Below, in pieces: positions 1-14,400 of a stretch of 64,000 nucleotides of DNA. The DNA is from Azolla caroliniana (Eukaryota > Plantae > Polypodiophyta), in assembly GCA_043228905.1 (NCBI GenBank), contig JBHGNT010000020.1, positions 13,950,001-14,014,000 of the forward strand, read 5' to 3'. The notes beneath the pieces were generated by a model. That model ran no database searches. It saw nothing but the letters and a program-made list of their open reading frames with translations, and was not told the origin of the DNA. The translations under genes and the position numbers were made by a program. Position 1 is the first letter of the stretch; every line of letters begins with the position of its first letter.

Positions 1-243
1 TAGAGTCCGTTTCATCGCAAGCGCATACATTCATGAGAAAAGGCCAACCCTCCTCATGGACGAGAGAGGTAGATCAGGAAGCAATGTACAAATTGATAGT
101 GTGTGTTCTTGTCCAAGGGATGCATTTGTTCTTGTAGAGTTAAAACGAAGCGAGTATGCAGAAGGCCTTAGGACGAACCAACAATAATAACTTGTAGATA
201 TAAATAATATGAGACAAGGTCCAATGAAAGGAAAATAAAATAA

Positions 244-1002
<759 letters not shown>

Positions 1003-1041
1003 AATAAAGTTCCTACTTTGAAGCCTTGGCTTATTGAAATT

Positions 1042-1061
1042 GGTGTATTTTTACACCACCA
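1042..1061 (+). terminator. Histone-type 3' stem-loop (GGTGTA TTTT TACACC ACCA)
   Basis: Perfect 6-bp stem (1042-1047/1052-1057), UUUU loop and 3' flank ACCA, 40 nt after the stop codon. Function is inferred from the geometry. Confidence 0.7.
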
Positions 1062-2190
1062 TTTCTCCCTGATGATTGGTTGCTTCTGATTCTCTAAATG
1101 ATGTATTGTGACTAAAATGATCATTGATGGCGTGAGTGGAATCCTGATTGGAGATCCTTTAGCTTCAAGCCAATAACCAGGGATGTAGTTTTCTGTGATT
1201 TTATATTTCGAGCTCTAAATTAGTTTTACCCTCTTTGTCTCTTACTATTCTCAACTGGCGACTTAGTTCTTAGTTTTGTCTCCCCATTGCCTCTGTGGTT
1301 CATGTCTGTCTTATTGAGCGATAATAGTTTTTGTTTTATATTATTTTTGTGTGTTTTCGGTTCTTCTATAGAGAATTCATGAATATGGGTTACACCTATA
1401 TTAAACTTTTGATATAATCTAAAGCATTTGGGTTACACTAGGCATTGGCATCTCCATTTATCTTAGTCTTTGATTTTAGCCGCATGGGTTGAGCTAACAT
1501 GAGAAGTCATGTGAATTTCTTGAAATCGAATTACTTGAATTGTACGAGAAGCTTTTAATATTGTACCTAGGGCTTCATCAACTCAATAACACAATGTTAC
1601 TACCAGCAAGTGGTTGCCATACTGTTAACATGAGGAATTTTTATTGTTATTGTTCACAACTGGCTTTACTATTGTTGATGCATGAAGCTGTTTACTTCAC
1701 TGAATATTGAGATACGAATGTAGATAACTAAACAGGTTGATGTTTAGGAGATAAACATACATAACTGCAACCTTAATCAGAATTTAATAAGTTTGTTGGT
1801 GACTGCAGGGTCCAGTGACATTTCAGGTTTTATAATATCAATTGAACATATAAACCTCAAAGGAAAATGGATACCTCATTTGTGAAATTTGATGAAAAAA
1901 CATGGGGTTGAAAACTAAAATTTGGATGGTACACAAAATGGAGAAGAAAAATAAATGAATTTCTACACTACATAAATGAAATGCACAAGATAAGGTTTTG
2001 AAGCAAAGAAAAAGATTGTATATTGACAAAATCCTCATACTGTTGCAACTCACATATTTGAGCATTGGGATGGTACAAAGTTTAGGAAATACACAAGACG
2101 ATGAAGAACTCAGGTTCTTTCTGAATCTCTTGATTGCAAATTTCGAACAGGAATGACATCAGCTTTTTAGTAAGGAGCACCACAACCATT

Positions 2191-5100
2191 TCATTGTTTT
2201 ATGTTAGATTTCAAAACCCTAAAATCACCCTTGCCTCTCCAACCCTGCCAGGGCTTATTGTTATTCCTTTCTTGAGTTTGTCGCAAGGGTCCATCACCAC
2301 CTCCAACTTTTGGTTTCTTATTCTGCATATCTTTAGAACCTTCACTAGTAAACCCATTACTATCTTTTTCATTCTTAGATTCACCCCTATGATAGTGCAT
2401 GTACACACGATTAGTACATGACGCAAAATTATGAGAGTACTTTACTGCGATGTCACCAAGTTACCTTGGTTCTATCAAGGAGTCATGTTTGGCAGCATTA
2501 GCACTGTCTACTCTATCCTTAGCTGCTGTAAACCTCTGTTTGAATAGAGTCTCAGCTTCTTCTGTCAGTTTCTAAGAAAATTACAAGATACACCCATAGT
2601 TATCATACGATACAAACATGTCTGCACAACAAGAATCTAAAACCTAAACTAAAATAGTAACTTAAGTATTAGAGCTTTAATATCCATTGGGAAAAAGCCT
2701 TACATCGACAGATGCATTACAATTTTGAAAAGACATTCTTCCCACTAAAGCACCTGGTTTTGGGTCTCCTTCCATGATCACAATACTGCAAAAAATGGAG
2801 AAACATGAGTATAGAGTGTTTTTTTAAGGAAGATTATAAAAATCAATAATATCTCAAGAAATGCATGCTCAGCCACAGGCATTTCATTTTTATTAAGGAA
2901 ATACACAGGTCTTTGAAAAAAACAAGCATTGACAGCCTTATAACAAATGTATAACTAAGTGAATCAACAAGCCAAATCTGTGATGTACCTGAAATAGAAA
3001 AGTACAAGGCATATACGTCTTATAATTGAAGATAATGACTTACTAATCAGTGCTAGACTTCGTCAGGTCACCATGTGTATATAACAAAATGGAGTGACCC
3101 CAATGTCCCAGGGCACCCAGTCCCCCTAGTACTGTGGGAGATGGCCACCCATCATACAGCTAACCCGCTCAAATTGCTTCGGAGCTGGTTTCAGCGTTTT
3201 GAGGCAGTTATTGAAAAACCGTTTGCACCCTTGTGAGGCAAAAGGCCAGAGGACTCCTTTTACTTCTTCTGTGCCATATCTACGAGATTGACACAAGTCT
3301 TGAGAGGAGTAGCACCCCTTGAATCTTTACGGATGTGGCATTTGCACCCTATTGAGAGCTAGTGCTTTGTATCCAGCTTTTTGTAAACTAGGCTAGGCAA
3401 TTTGTAGTTCCATGATTTAGAACCCAGTTTGCAGTAGTATGGAACACATATTATCCTCTAAGAAACCAATGCCCCTTAGTTGAAATCAAGAATCCTCTGA
3501 TTTGAAATGGGTTGATAAGATACTTACAATAGGTTGACAGAGTTCTAGAAATGGAGACAAAAAGGAATATAGCCATATCTGAGATTTCATAGTGCTGATA
3601 CTAAAGATAGAAGCACAAAGCAGAAACTGAAATCACTGTTTTCTTGAATTTTTTAAATGGCTACTATTACAGTCTTGATAAATGAAACCTGACATGTTTT
3701 GGGAAAACTTGCAATCAAGATTTCATATTTTATAATTTCACAAACCTCAGCAATGAACAATCTGAATATAACTGCACACCGAAAAAATGATTCAATGCAC
3801 GCTTTCGTGTCACAAAGTATCTTATTATTTGAATGCTATGAGATTTACCGAAATTTAAAATCTCCCGGAGGTTCTCTACAGCATGAAGCGTCTGAAACAA
3901 TTTGTTCTACTTGTAATAGGGGTTGACCAACAAAAAGCATAGAACTACTATAGATATTAAAAATCAAATAAACATGAGATCTAAAAATATGTCTTGATGG
4001 ATGCTCAATAGATGCACACTGTATTGAATGAATCGAAATTATACAATCTCTCTGAATTTTGAGCAGAAAAAGACAATATACGACCTTTGTTGCCTCAGTA
4101 TCGGATTTTCTCAATGGAAAGAGCAAAAATTTACAATCTAGTCGTGACATGAAAATCTAATTCCAGAGTGAATATTCATTATAATCCGTTGTCTGGTGTT
4201 ACAGCTCTCCCTTTCCACAATTATCTCTAATAAAAAACTACCTTTTTTAGAGGATTGGAATTCCATTAGCTTCAATAGACCAGACAATAAATATTTCTAG
4301 GAGAATAAATATTCCTTTAGGCATACCATTTTCTTCCTGATGAAGTCACAGTGGTAGGTGCAATCCAATGGCTATCATCAACTGCTGCTGCCTCTTCTTC
4401 TGCTTTTTTTATAGCTTCCTCTTTCTGTTGTGCTCTTTGCATGAACTAAAACGTTCAAGAAGTCCATTACATTCATTTCTTTTGATAACAATGAAGAAAC
4501 AAATTTTAATCATTTTACGGCAAACAAACTGTGAGACATCATTCAAATTTGAGTCAACTTCCTATTCTTTAAAGATCCTAGAATTTGACTCCAGCTAGGT
4601 AACATGGTATACTAACATCAAATGAATTATCTAAAATATGAGATATAACAACTTCAGCTGAATATTTCTAGCATGAGAGATGGCATCAGCATCTTCAAAT
4701 GAATATTTCTAATATGAGAGACATGGCAGAGCCAACTTTAAATGAATACTTTTAACATGACATATGGAAGTGACAGCTTCGAATGGATCTTTCTAACATG
4801 AGATATGGCTGTAGAAGCTTCAAACGAATAGCTCTAACATGAAATATATAGTAGCCTCAAATGAATCCTTCTAGCATGGGATATGATATCTTCAAAAATA
4901 ATCTTTCTACATGAAACATGGTAGCTTCAGCATCTTCAAATGAATCTTTCTAACATGAGATTTGGCAGAGCCAACTTTAAATGAATACTTTTAACATGAG
5001 ATATGGCAGTGGCAGCTTCGAATGGTTAACATGAGATATATCTGTAGTAGCTTCAAATGAATAGCTCTAACATGAGATATGGTAGTATCAAATGAATCGT

Positions 5101-5491
5101 TCTAGAATGGGATATGATGTCTTCAAAAAAAATATTTCTACGTGAAATATGGTAGCTTCAAATGAATTTCTAACATGGCATACACCAACTTCAAATGAAT
5201 TTATGTGACACGACATACAGCAGATTCAAAATTAACCGGTCTACTGTCAGATATAGAAAACGCAAAAAAATCCACACAAAAAATGGACTCGATAGACTGG
5301 TAAGAAAGACACAGGAATATATTATGAAGACTTTCTGAACCCTAAAATCTTTATAGCGTCTTAAAACCAAAGAATTAATTCGATATCGTGGACACATGGG
5401 ATGTCATCACTCTCCAAAGACAAAATTCAAACAGAGAATCATTACCAACCTTCAAGTTCTGGAGAGTACTAGAGAACTCTCGCTTCGCCAT
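2191..5491 (-). CDS. MPP6: M-phase phosphoprotein 6 (nuclear exosome cofactor) homolog, 5 exons, ~181 aa
   Basis: Exons 5491-5450, 4445-4327, 2785-2704, 2571-2465 and 2386-2191, all GT-AG and phase-consistent. Translation MAKREFSSTLQNLKFMQRA...KCIVIMEGDPKPGALVGRMSFQNCNASVDKL matches the MPP6 motifs LKFMQR and GRMSF. Confidence 0.9.
4600..5200. repeat. Intronic minisatellite, ~38-40 bp unit with a ~239 bp higher-order duplication
   Basis: Recurrent TTCAAATGAATxTTTCTAACATGAGATATGG. The block at ~4686-4925 recurs at ~4926-5160. Confidence 0.85.
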
Positions 5492-5537
5492 AGTCAGAAA
5501 CGCCTCAGAAAATACGATACAGAGTAGACCTACCCCG

Positions 5538-5540
5538 ACA

Positions 5541-5571
<31 letters not shown>

Positions 5572-5700
5572 TGTACATATATATAATATATATATATGTA
5601 TATATAGTACATACATACACATACATACATACATACATACATACTACATACATACATCATACCTACATACATTCCTACATACCTACATGCATACATGATG
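5538..5700. repeat. (ACAT)n/(AT)n microsatellite upstream of MPP6
   Basis: Directly visible tetra- and dinucleotide runs. Confidence 0.95.
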
Positions 5701-8460
5701 ATGCATATACAATAAGAAGACCACATGCCATTAGCAATAGGTATGCGTATAGTAAGGCCTAAAGATGCTACACTTGATTGAGCCACATGATGGAGATGTA
5801 GACAAGAAACCCCAACAAGAAGGAAACTTGAACATGTAAGAAGCATGACATCAAGGACAAGGTGGGAAACACCAAGATGAAACATGCTCAAAGTGAGCCA
5901 AAAAACTCACTAGTATTCAAATGTGGGAAGAGGCTAATGCCAAACAACATCAAGCTCGGAGTTGGAGAAGTAGGCACACTTATGGCATATCAGTATATAT
6001 ATAAAACTCTGAAGGAAGGGTCAACAATGAAGACCCATCACAGTAACCAATAAAAGGAATTCATAACCCCACATTGACAACATCCATATGAGGAGTGAAG
6101 AAAATAATATGAGCAAAGGGTCAGGTCAATAAAGAAGCCCCATTATAGTAACCAATAAAAGGAGGTCATGACCCTAATAACGAGGAACTTATAGAAGGCC
6201 AAGAATCACCATTATCATGAGCAACATTGATCTCACTCACAGAATCCAAACCAAAAACCAAAGAATAGAACCTAAAGAAATGAGGTTGAAGAGCCATTTA
6301 AATGTGCCAATTATCAACATGTTGGGTGTGCACTCCACCAAATTGTCAATATATGACCTTTGAAAATATTTATTGCACATCTAAACAAGCAATATTCCAA
6401 GATCCAAAGTGATCAATAAACGCCTAACGGAGTAGAAAACCTCTTTGGGATGAAAATGTGGCATGAGAGAGTAGGATATGAGTGGCATAGTGTGAGGTCA
6501 ATAAACCAAGCTTGTAAGAGGAACTTATTAATACATAAGGCTAATTAATGATCACAACATGTGTGGAAAGACAAAGGGTATGTTGTAGGAGTGCATGTAT
6601 TTAAAGAAGATAGTTGTGCTCTAAGTAACCGTTTTGTGTTAATGGTATGAGAGTGTGAAGCACAAAGGTCTATGCAAGCACATCCCAATAGCTATATTGA
6701 GAAGGCTTGGCCAACAACCAACGTAGGTGTTGATTAGTCATCATCATTGATTCTTGGGGCCAAACAAATTCTCTTCCTATTGTAGTATGTTTAGTTCCAA
6801 ATTTCAATATTAGTTGAGAGAAGCCAAGTTCGATCCTTGCCATGGGCTAGGCCCCATCTCATAGGTGACTATCAACTCTCCCGTGAATGTCGAAAAGATA
6901 CATGTCTTTCTCAACAGGAGAAAATCACATGAATATATTTATATGATTCATCACTTAGACTGGAATCACATATCTCATATGTTTTTGATTAACACCTATT
7001 AACATTGTGGTCTAACGGATTAATTACTTGCTTTCAGAGTGAAGGATTGTGAGTGTGTCTTACCATGAGTTGGGTTGATATTAGGGTAACACATGTTAAC
7101 AATGTGGCCTAATGGATAAGTGCCATGCCTCTTGAGAGGAAGATTGTGACATTGTGTATTGTGGTGGGTTGGATTGAAACTAGGATAAGCTTCTTTCAAG
7201 TAACAAAAATCCTATGAATAATTAATTGTGAAAACCATCAGCCTTTTGGTGATCACATAACGTAAATTTCCAAGGTGATCATTTAGTCACCACCCCTAAA
7301 GACCTACATTTTTGTTAATAAAAGATGAAGCCTCATCTAGAAGGCAATGCTAACAGATTGTATACTTTTTAAGTGGCATTGCTGGATTGTTTTGATATTT
7401 CACTAATAAATTTAGACACAAGTAATGCATAGTCTTTGTTCTAAAAAGCTTCAAGGAAGATTATACATCCAATAAATGATAATTGCATTACATCATCCAT
7501 GAGTGAACCATAAATAAAGATAGGAATTCACAAAGCCACTAAAAACATGAATTAGTGCTGAGAATACAATAGCTAAATGCATTTACAATATCCATCTATT
7601 CTTCAATAAACTTTGCATTTAAATACCATCTCCTCATAGTAAAGAGGTATGGATGCTCCTTGATGTTTGCCATGCTTACCAAAACTGTGAGCAATGTCAC
7701 GAAAACGTCAACAAATTTTACCACAAACCATGTTCTTAAACATATAATACTAAATGACTCGCCAAGAGAAGCGTAAAATAAAGAAAATAAGAGAAAGGCC
7801 ACAAATGAAAAACAGTGTCCCAAATCAAAGGATTTGCATTTGAGAAGTCTATATCAAGTATAGCTTTTTAGGTCTACCAGATGCAGCGAAAAGGATATGT
7901 ATCAGTGAGAAGTAAACTGAGTTGGGATATTCTGTAGCTCTACAGATGCTAAATAATTGTCCAAAAAAAAGATGAACGGGAGCTATACGATTACACAAAC
8001 AAAGTTTCATAAAAAGCATGGAGAAAACAGCATGACTGCTCCTTACGCTATCCTTTGTTAAGTACATATGCACACAATCTCACGTACAAAAATGTTGCAA
8101 AATTTCATAGGTAACTTCTCCGATTCATTCATAATTAGTGCCACACAATATAGCAAAAACCTCATTAAAAAATAAAAGCAGGATTCATGTTGTCTCCTTA
8201 GTATTGTATTTATCACTAATAAATGGTTTTATTAGAAAGACTTATTGCATAAACTGGCGATATTTTTTTTACCAAGGAAAAATATACATTACAAAAGGCA
8301 GACACTTAACTATGTCTGACTGCATTCAATATCTGCAAACTATGTGGACCACGCAGACAAGCTGCAGTCTTTTGCATTATGTCACAGTAACCACAACCAA
8401 AGAGCTTTGAAGGCTCAGTAATATTCTCCCAGTTTTAAAGGGATTCATATCATATTGATG

Positions 8461-11400
8461 TCACTGGATGACACAAGTGCATGCAGAAAAAAATTCTTCG
8501 TTCTCGTTCTCTGATTCATCTGAATCACTGCCACATGAAATTTCAAAGTTATATCCTGAAACGACATTTAAGGAGCATACTATTGCTAGTCTCTATAATC
8601 TTACATTTTGTACGCTCTCATAAGAGAAATTGAGTGACAAAGAGCCATAGCAGGTGGGAATCTCACATACATTTCTGTATAGTGACAATTTTGGAATATT
8701 CTAGGTCTTATACAATGCATAGAGACAATATGGTAGCCAAAATCAACATTTTGATGCGCTCAATAATGGCTCTGGCAGCTCCAGAATGTTACCTCTAATT
8801 AAGTATTATAATTGAGAGCCTGGTTCATATTAGGTTTTCCATGGGGACTAATATACTTATGAAATTCTCCAGTACCTTGATTTTTTTAAAGTTTTAGCAT
8901 TTCTAGCTTTGGAGCCTAACATCAGATACAAGACCATGATACATTTTCTACCCCAACAGTTGCATTATCAAGCGCATGATGGTGTGAGCAGGAATAATAG
9001 TGAAATGTTACAATGACCTGTGGGACAAAAATATTTATATCCCAGTGTGTCATAACAATGAGGAAAAAGAACTTGTAGGGCCCGAGGGGATGGGACTTAT
9101 GCAAGGATAAGAACATGGTTGTTCCAATGCTGACTTGATATAATCTGTGTCATAAAGTAAGGGCTCCAATGTCTAGGAAGAGGATGACAGTGTTAGGTGT
9201 AAAGGCCCGTAGTTAACAAATTAGGTAATTATTCGTATATGTGAACACATTGTTCACCTGGACAGGACACCTCCTTTTGTAATGTGAACACACCTCTTTC
9301 TTTGTAGGGTTAACTAATATAATAACCTTTTTTCTTGTGTACCAATCAAGGCGGTTGGGTACACCCAAAAATCTGTGTCTACTCTCTGTTTGCTGAACAT
9401 CATCCCTCAATAGCTGCTCCCTGAAAATCATCCCTCTTTTCCTTTTAGACAGTCTGATTATGTGTGTAAGGGCTCTAGAGTCTAGGAAGAGGATGAAAAT
9501 AGATTTTCTTCTGTATAGACGCCACAAAACAGGAACCATTACATACATAAGGGATAACAAAAGGTAATGATCTGTCTTCTTATTCTTTCCTACACTAAGT
9601 AAGAGATTTCCTAAATTTCTATAATCATGTTCCTATGCACATTTAAGAAGAGCCCATTGCTAAACACATTTGGTGAAAGAATAGAATAGAACTTTTATCA
9701 TCCATGAGGAGACCAATTTTGACCTTTGGGACCAAATCAACATATCATCCATGTAAGTGACTCCTTCCTAAGAAGGGTAGTTACTATATATGTGCTCACC
9801 CTTCATGGTGCACATTTGAGTATGACCCTCATGAATTAACTTATACACTAAGCATGCGATAAGTAAGTGATATTCATCCTCAACTAGGATTTCATATCAT
9901 ACTGTGGGTATCTTCATATTTGGGTGATGATGGCATGATGCAACCTCAAGACCTAGCTTTGTGTGCAAGTTCAAAGAAATGTTATGGCTCTTTGAGACCA
10001 AGGCTCATTGGGGTAGGGAGATGAGAGATTGGTTGACATTTTAGCATCTACTTCATCCTTAGTGCCTCTAGTAATCTATCCTCAATGACCACATACTCCA
10101 TAGCATCATGCCAAAGTCTGTTTTGATCTTATTAGTTTTTTGTACCTTACATCCTATGTTCCAAGTTTGTTTTGGCAATCTATGACCAAGCATATTCTTG
10201 ACTTCTATGATAAAGTTGTATATTCTTTGCAAGGCTAGTACCTTTTATGGGCCGAGCACTTGTCTACGTATAGGTTCGGATGTTGAGGAGAACAATTTTT
10301 GGATTTTCTCTATTTCATTCCATGCTCTAAGTGAGATAATGCCATCCCACACTTCCACTCCATAAAGCAACACTTGGACCACCATAGGATTGAATAGCAT
10401 CATTCTCACTTCCCATCCTTGAGCATCACTTTGGTTGCATTGGTTCTCAAACACATAATAACTATTCTAACCCGCTTGAAGTCTTGTCTCATTGCATACA
10501 TTCTTAACAAATAGAGACCCACTCAAAGAAATATCATATGACACTCTGAAAAACAGGATGAAATTTCTTGAATCTATGGGTGATGAAATTTTAGATTTTT
10601 TCAATAGCATTATTGGTGTTACAGGATGATACCACTCTCACCAACTCTATTTGTTCTATGCATTCATAAATTAAAACATGCGGTTGCTAAGTTTGTAAAG
10701 GACGAAATCATTGAAGAAGTCGTCATCAGGAATGTAGTTATCAAGCTTTTGTTGTAAGTATGGGGTGGAAATCCACCTAGAAAGAGTTTGAAAATGTCAA
10801 AAAGTATTTCTTACAAAGTTGCTTGAGAGGTAGAAACAAATACCATACAGCCTAATACTCCTTGAGACAGGATCATTGCCCATTGAGATCATGGCCATGG
10901 AAAGGGTAGTCGAATACATGATTAAGGTTCAAAAACGTCCCTCACATCGACCTCCATGACTCACATAGAAAGCAAACAAAAAGTCCAAATGACACAAACA
11001 CAATTTTTTGTGTTCCGATTGGATGCAAGATATAGAAAAATAGTTTGGAAGATGGGATGCAAAACATTTGCTTCATGATACATCAATAGATTCCATTGTG
11101 AATGAGGCGTTTTTGCAACGTCAGTGTATCATGACATGAGAAAAATTTGGAGGCTCATACTTCAAACATTATACTACGTATGTTGCACCTAACTACAAAA
11201 CCATATTCTTTGTTGAAAGGGGGAAACCACACACAAATGCGCGTTCCTGTTGTTTGCCATATGAACTAGTGCATCCATATAACTTAGTTAACACTCACTA
11301 CAATGTGAGACAAGGAGTTGGGGCAAGTGATGAGAGAGTAGTTGATTGTGAAGACTTTGTGCTAAACAATTTTGAGATTCTGAGTGTTAGACTATGATAC

Positions 11401-14400
11401 AATCCTCGACCAAACCCAATCCTTTGCTCGAATTTTTCTCATAGTCACATTGTGCACTCTCAATTGCGACATTCCTCAATAAAGTTCTTGAACATTGAGC
11501 ATCACTACTCACTTTCACATGATTACATGAAAAATCTATATTTTGGTCTCATAGGTCATATTTGGCCTCCAAAGAAGATAATAAAATCTATCTATCTATC
11601 TCTCCAATCTAAAGACCCTATTTAGGATTTTAAATACATTGCCTCTAATGGCTTGAATGGAATGCTACCTTGGATCTAGTTTGAGGCATTAGATATCCAG
11701 TCTTGTAGATTCAAGGCATTCCATCTCTTAAGACAACGTGTGTCAGATAAAGAGAAAACGAATGTGCATGATAATGATTAAAGTTACGTCACAATGTAGT
11801 TCATCTATGTTGAAGGATTTAACATGACTATTTTTATCGGTCTCTTAAGACAACATGTGACAAATAAAGAGAAAACAAATGTGCATGATAATGATTAAAG
11901 ATACTTGATAATATAGTTCATCTATGTCGAAGGATTTAACATGACTATTTTTATCATTCTCTGTTACACTTAATATGTATCCTACGGAAGTTTTGGTGTG
12001 AACATAGTTAGGTTTCTGTTGGGTTTCCAGCTACCTGTAGATATTGGTTATATCAATCATTCTACATCTTTGTAATCACAAGCTCGTTTTCCCTATCTGC
12101 TGAGTTTTCCTAAGTCTTTTAAGTGATCTTGTTGTGTGAAAGTCAGTCTACGATCCCTACATTTTTTTTCAAATGGTATTAGAGTAGGTTTAGGTTACTT
12201 CCTCTATCCCATTATTCCTAATAGGCATGTAGAGCTCTTTCTCTTTATCTCTTTCTTTCTAAGAAGACATTCAAACTCGTCGTCTACAATGACGAAAGTC
12301 CAAACAACAGAAAACTACAACATAGGCGATCTTTCTCTATTTTCACATTTTCCGAAAGTAGATTTTGAACTGATTCTTTTGAGTACTTAAGTGCCAAAAT
12401 CGGATTTTTGGTTCTGGAGATACTGCCAGAACAAATTCTGCAGCAGTCTCAAACTCTAATTGCACATCAATTGCCAGTTTTCAGCACAACACAATAACTC
12501 TTCTCTATTTCTTTCAGCCCATTGCTTGTACTATTCTTCAATATTGTCTCACTTTAGTACATTTTGGTGAATAAAACCACCAAGTACTACAATACCTCAT
12601 CTATATTTCTTGCTGTAAATGTATTTTTGCAATGGCTGAGCAAACTAATCTTTTTGGCATGCTTAACATAGAAGACAAGTTGGATGGTACTGACTATCCT
12701 ATACATGATGAAATATGTATTGGTTGCAAAGCAGCCATGGGACATTGTCATCAGATTTGATGAATGTTCAACTTCAAGTTCTTCTCCAAACTCTCCCTCC
12801 CCTTCAGAAACAGCTAACAAATAATGCTTCAACCTCCATTCCTCGACAAACCACTTCTTCACAACTTAAGTGGGATGGTAAGGATGCTCAAGCCTATGCT
12901 TTCATTGCATCAATCAAATGTCACATTGTTCCACATATCCGATGTTGCACCACCTCCAAAAGTGCTTGGGATGTGTTGAGGAACCTATATGCTCAATGGT
13001 AAAACACAAGAGTTGCTATGTTCAAGCAGCAACTTGAATAGACAAACATGCAAGAAGGTTGATCAAAGACATCAAGGAACAACTACTCAACATTAATAAA
13101 GTGATTTCATACAAGCAATTAGTCTTTTGCAACTCTTCCAAATTCATATCAAGGCTTGATCACTACAATAAGGCTTCTACAAGTCATAAAGAGAGCTTCA
13201 GATTTGATTAGCTAATCTCCTTTCTCTTACAAGAATCTCAATCTCGAGCAAATCAAGATGTTTTTATAGTAGTGATCAAGCTTTTGTTACCTCTTCCAAG
13301 TTCAAAGGCCAATCAGGACAAAAGTAAAATCTCGACTTCTCATGATGAGAAGAAGAAGAAAATTGGCAATTATTGTCATAAACTAAGCCATGACATTAGT
13401 GAATGTCGAAAGAGAAAAGGTAGTGAAGAGAAGAAAAAACAATTACGTCTTATTGTTACCACCACTTCTACTGGTAAGAAGGAAGAAGCACACATTGCTC
13501 AACAATAGTGGGCATTATCCATATACACGGTGTATGATCCCTAAAAGGACAACATACGTTTATTAGTAAGAGAGTCTAAACATGCTTGGCATTTTGATAG
13601 CGGTGCTTCTAAGCACATAACTTCTTGCAAAGATTTATTTGTCACACTTGAAGATGCTTGTCATAAGATGGGCACAGTTACCTGAGCCAATAATGCTTCT
13701 TACATCATCGAAGGCATTGATGAGATTCATATTGAAGTTGTCAATGGGAATGTAGTCACCTTGAACAATGTTCTCTATGTCCCTAGCATAAAGAAAATCG
13801 TTCTTTCGGTTTCCGCTACAACAAATGCACAATAGATGATTGTACAATGGGTGATATCATTGCCATAACATGTAGCTTGTTCAACAACCTTTACAAGCTT
13901 GACATATATTAGAAATTATATGACCAAAATGCATTAGTGGTAGATGCCTACACAAAGCAATTCTGAACTATGCCATGCTCAGTTCAGCCATTTGAATTTC
14001 AACAGCCTTGCACAGTTTAGTAAGTATGACATGGCATACAATATTCCTTCCATTCATGTACCATCTAATCATGTTTGTGAGGGTTATATTTTAGGAAAGG
14101 TGCACAAATTTTAATTTCCAAAAGATGCAAATGTTTTGGCAACACACAAGCTTCAACTTGTACATAATGATGTATGCGATCATAAACCCATTACTCTTCG
14201 CACCGATAGAGGGGGTGAGTACATGTCTCAATAGTTTAATGCTTTCTTGAAGGACAGTGGTATTATCCATCAATGCACCACTCCATATACACCACAACAA
14301 AATGGTTTGGCTGAAAGAAAGTACAGATCTCTCATGGAGATGGCAAGATGCGTGCCAATTGGTAAGAACCTATCTCACAAGTTTTGGTTAGATGTTGTAA

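Noticed and set aside
1095-1150. Possible C/D snoRNA (ATGATG...CTGA) after H3
   Set aside because: The box C is imperfect, the terminal stem is negligible and no guide is recognisable.
5375-5891. Tyr/Ile/His/Val-rich ORFs (also near 18.6-18.9 kb, 23.0-23.3 kb and 60.0-60.3 kb)
   Set aside because: They are translations of microsatellite or low-complexity DNA; only 5450-5491 is real coding sequence.
9150-9500. Possible solo LTR (TGTT 9191...AACA 9399) between ~30-bp direct repeats
   Set aside because: No matching TSD, PBS or PPT, so it cannot be supported.
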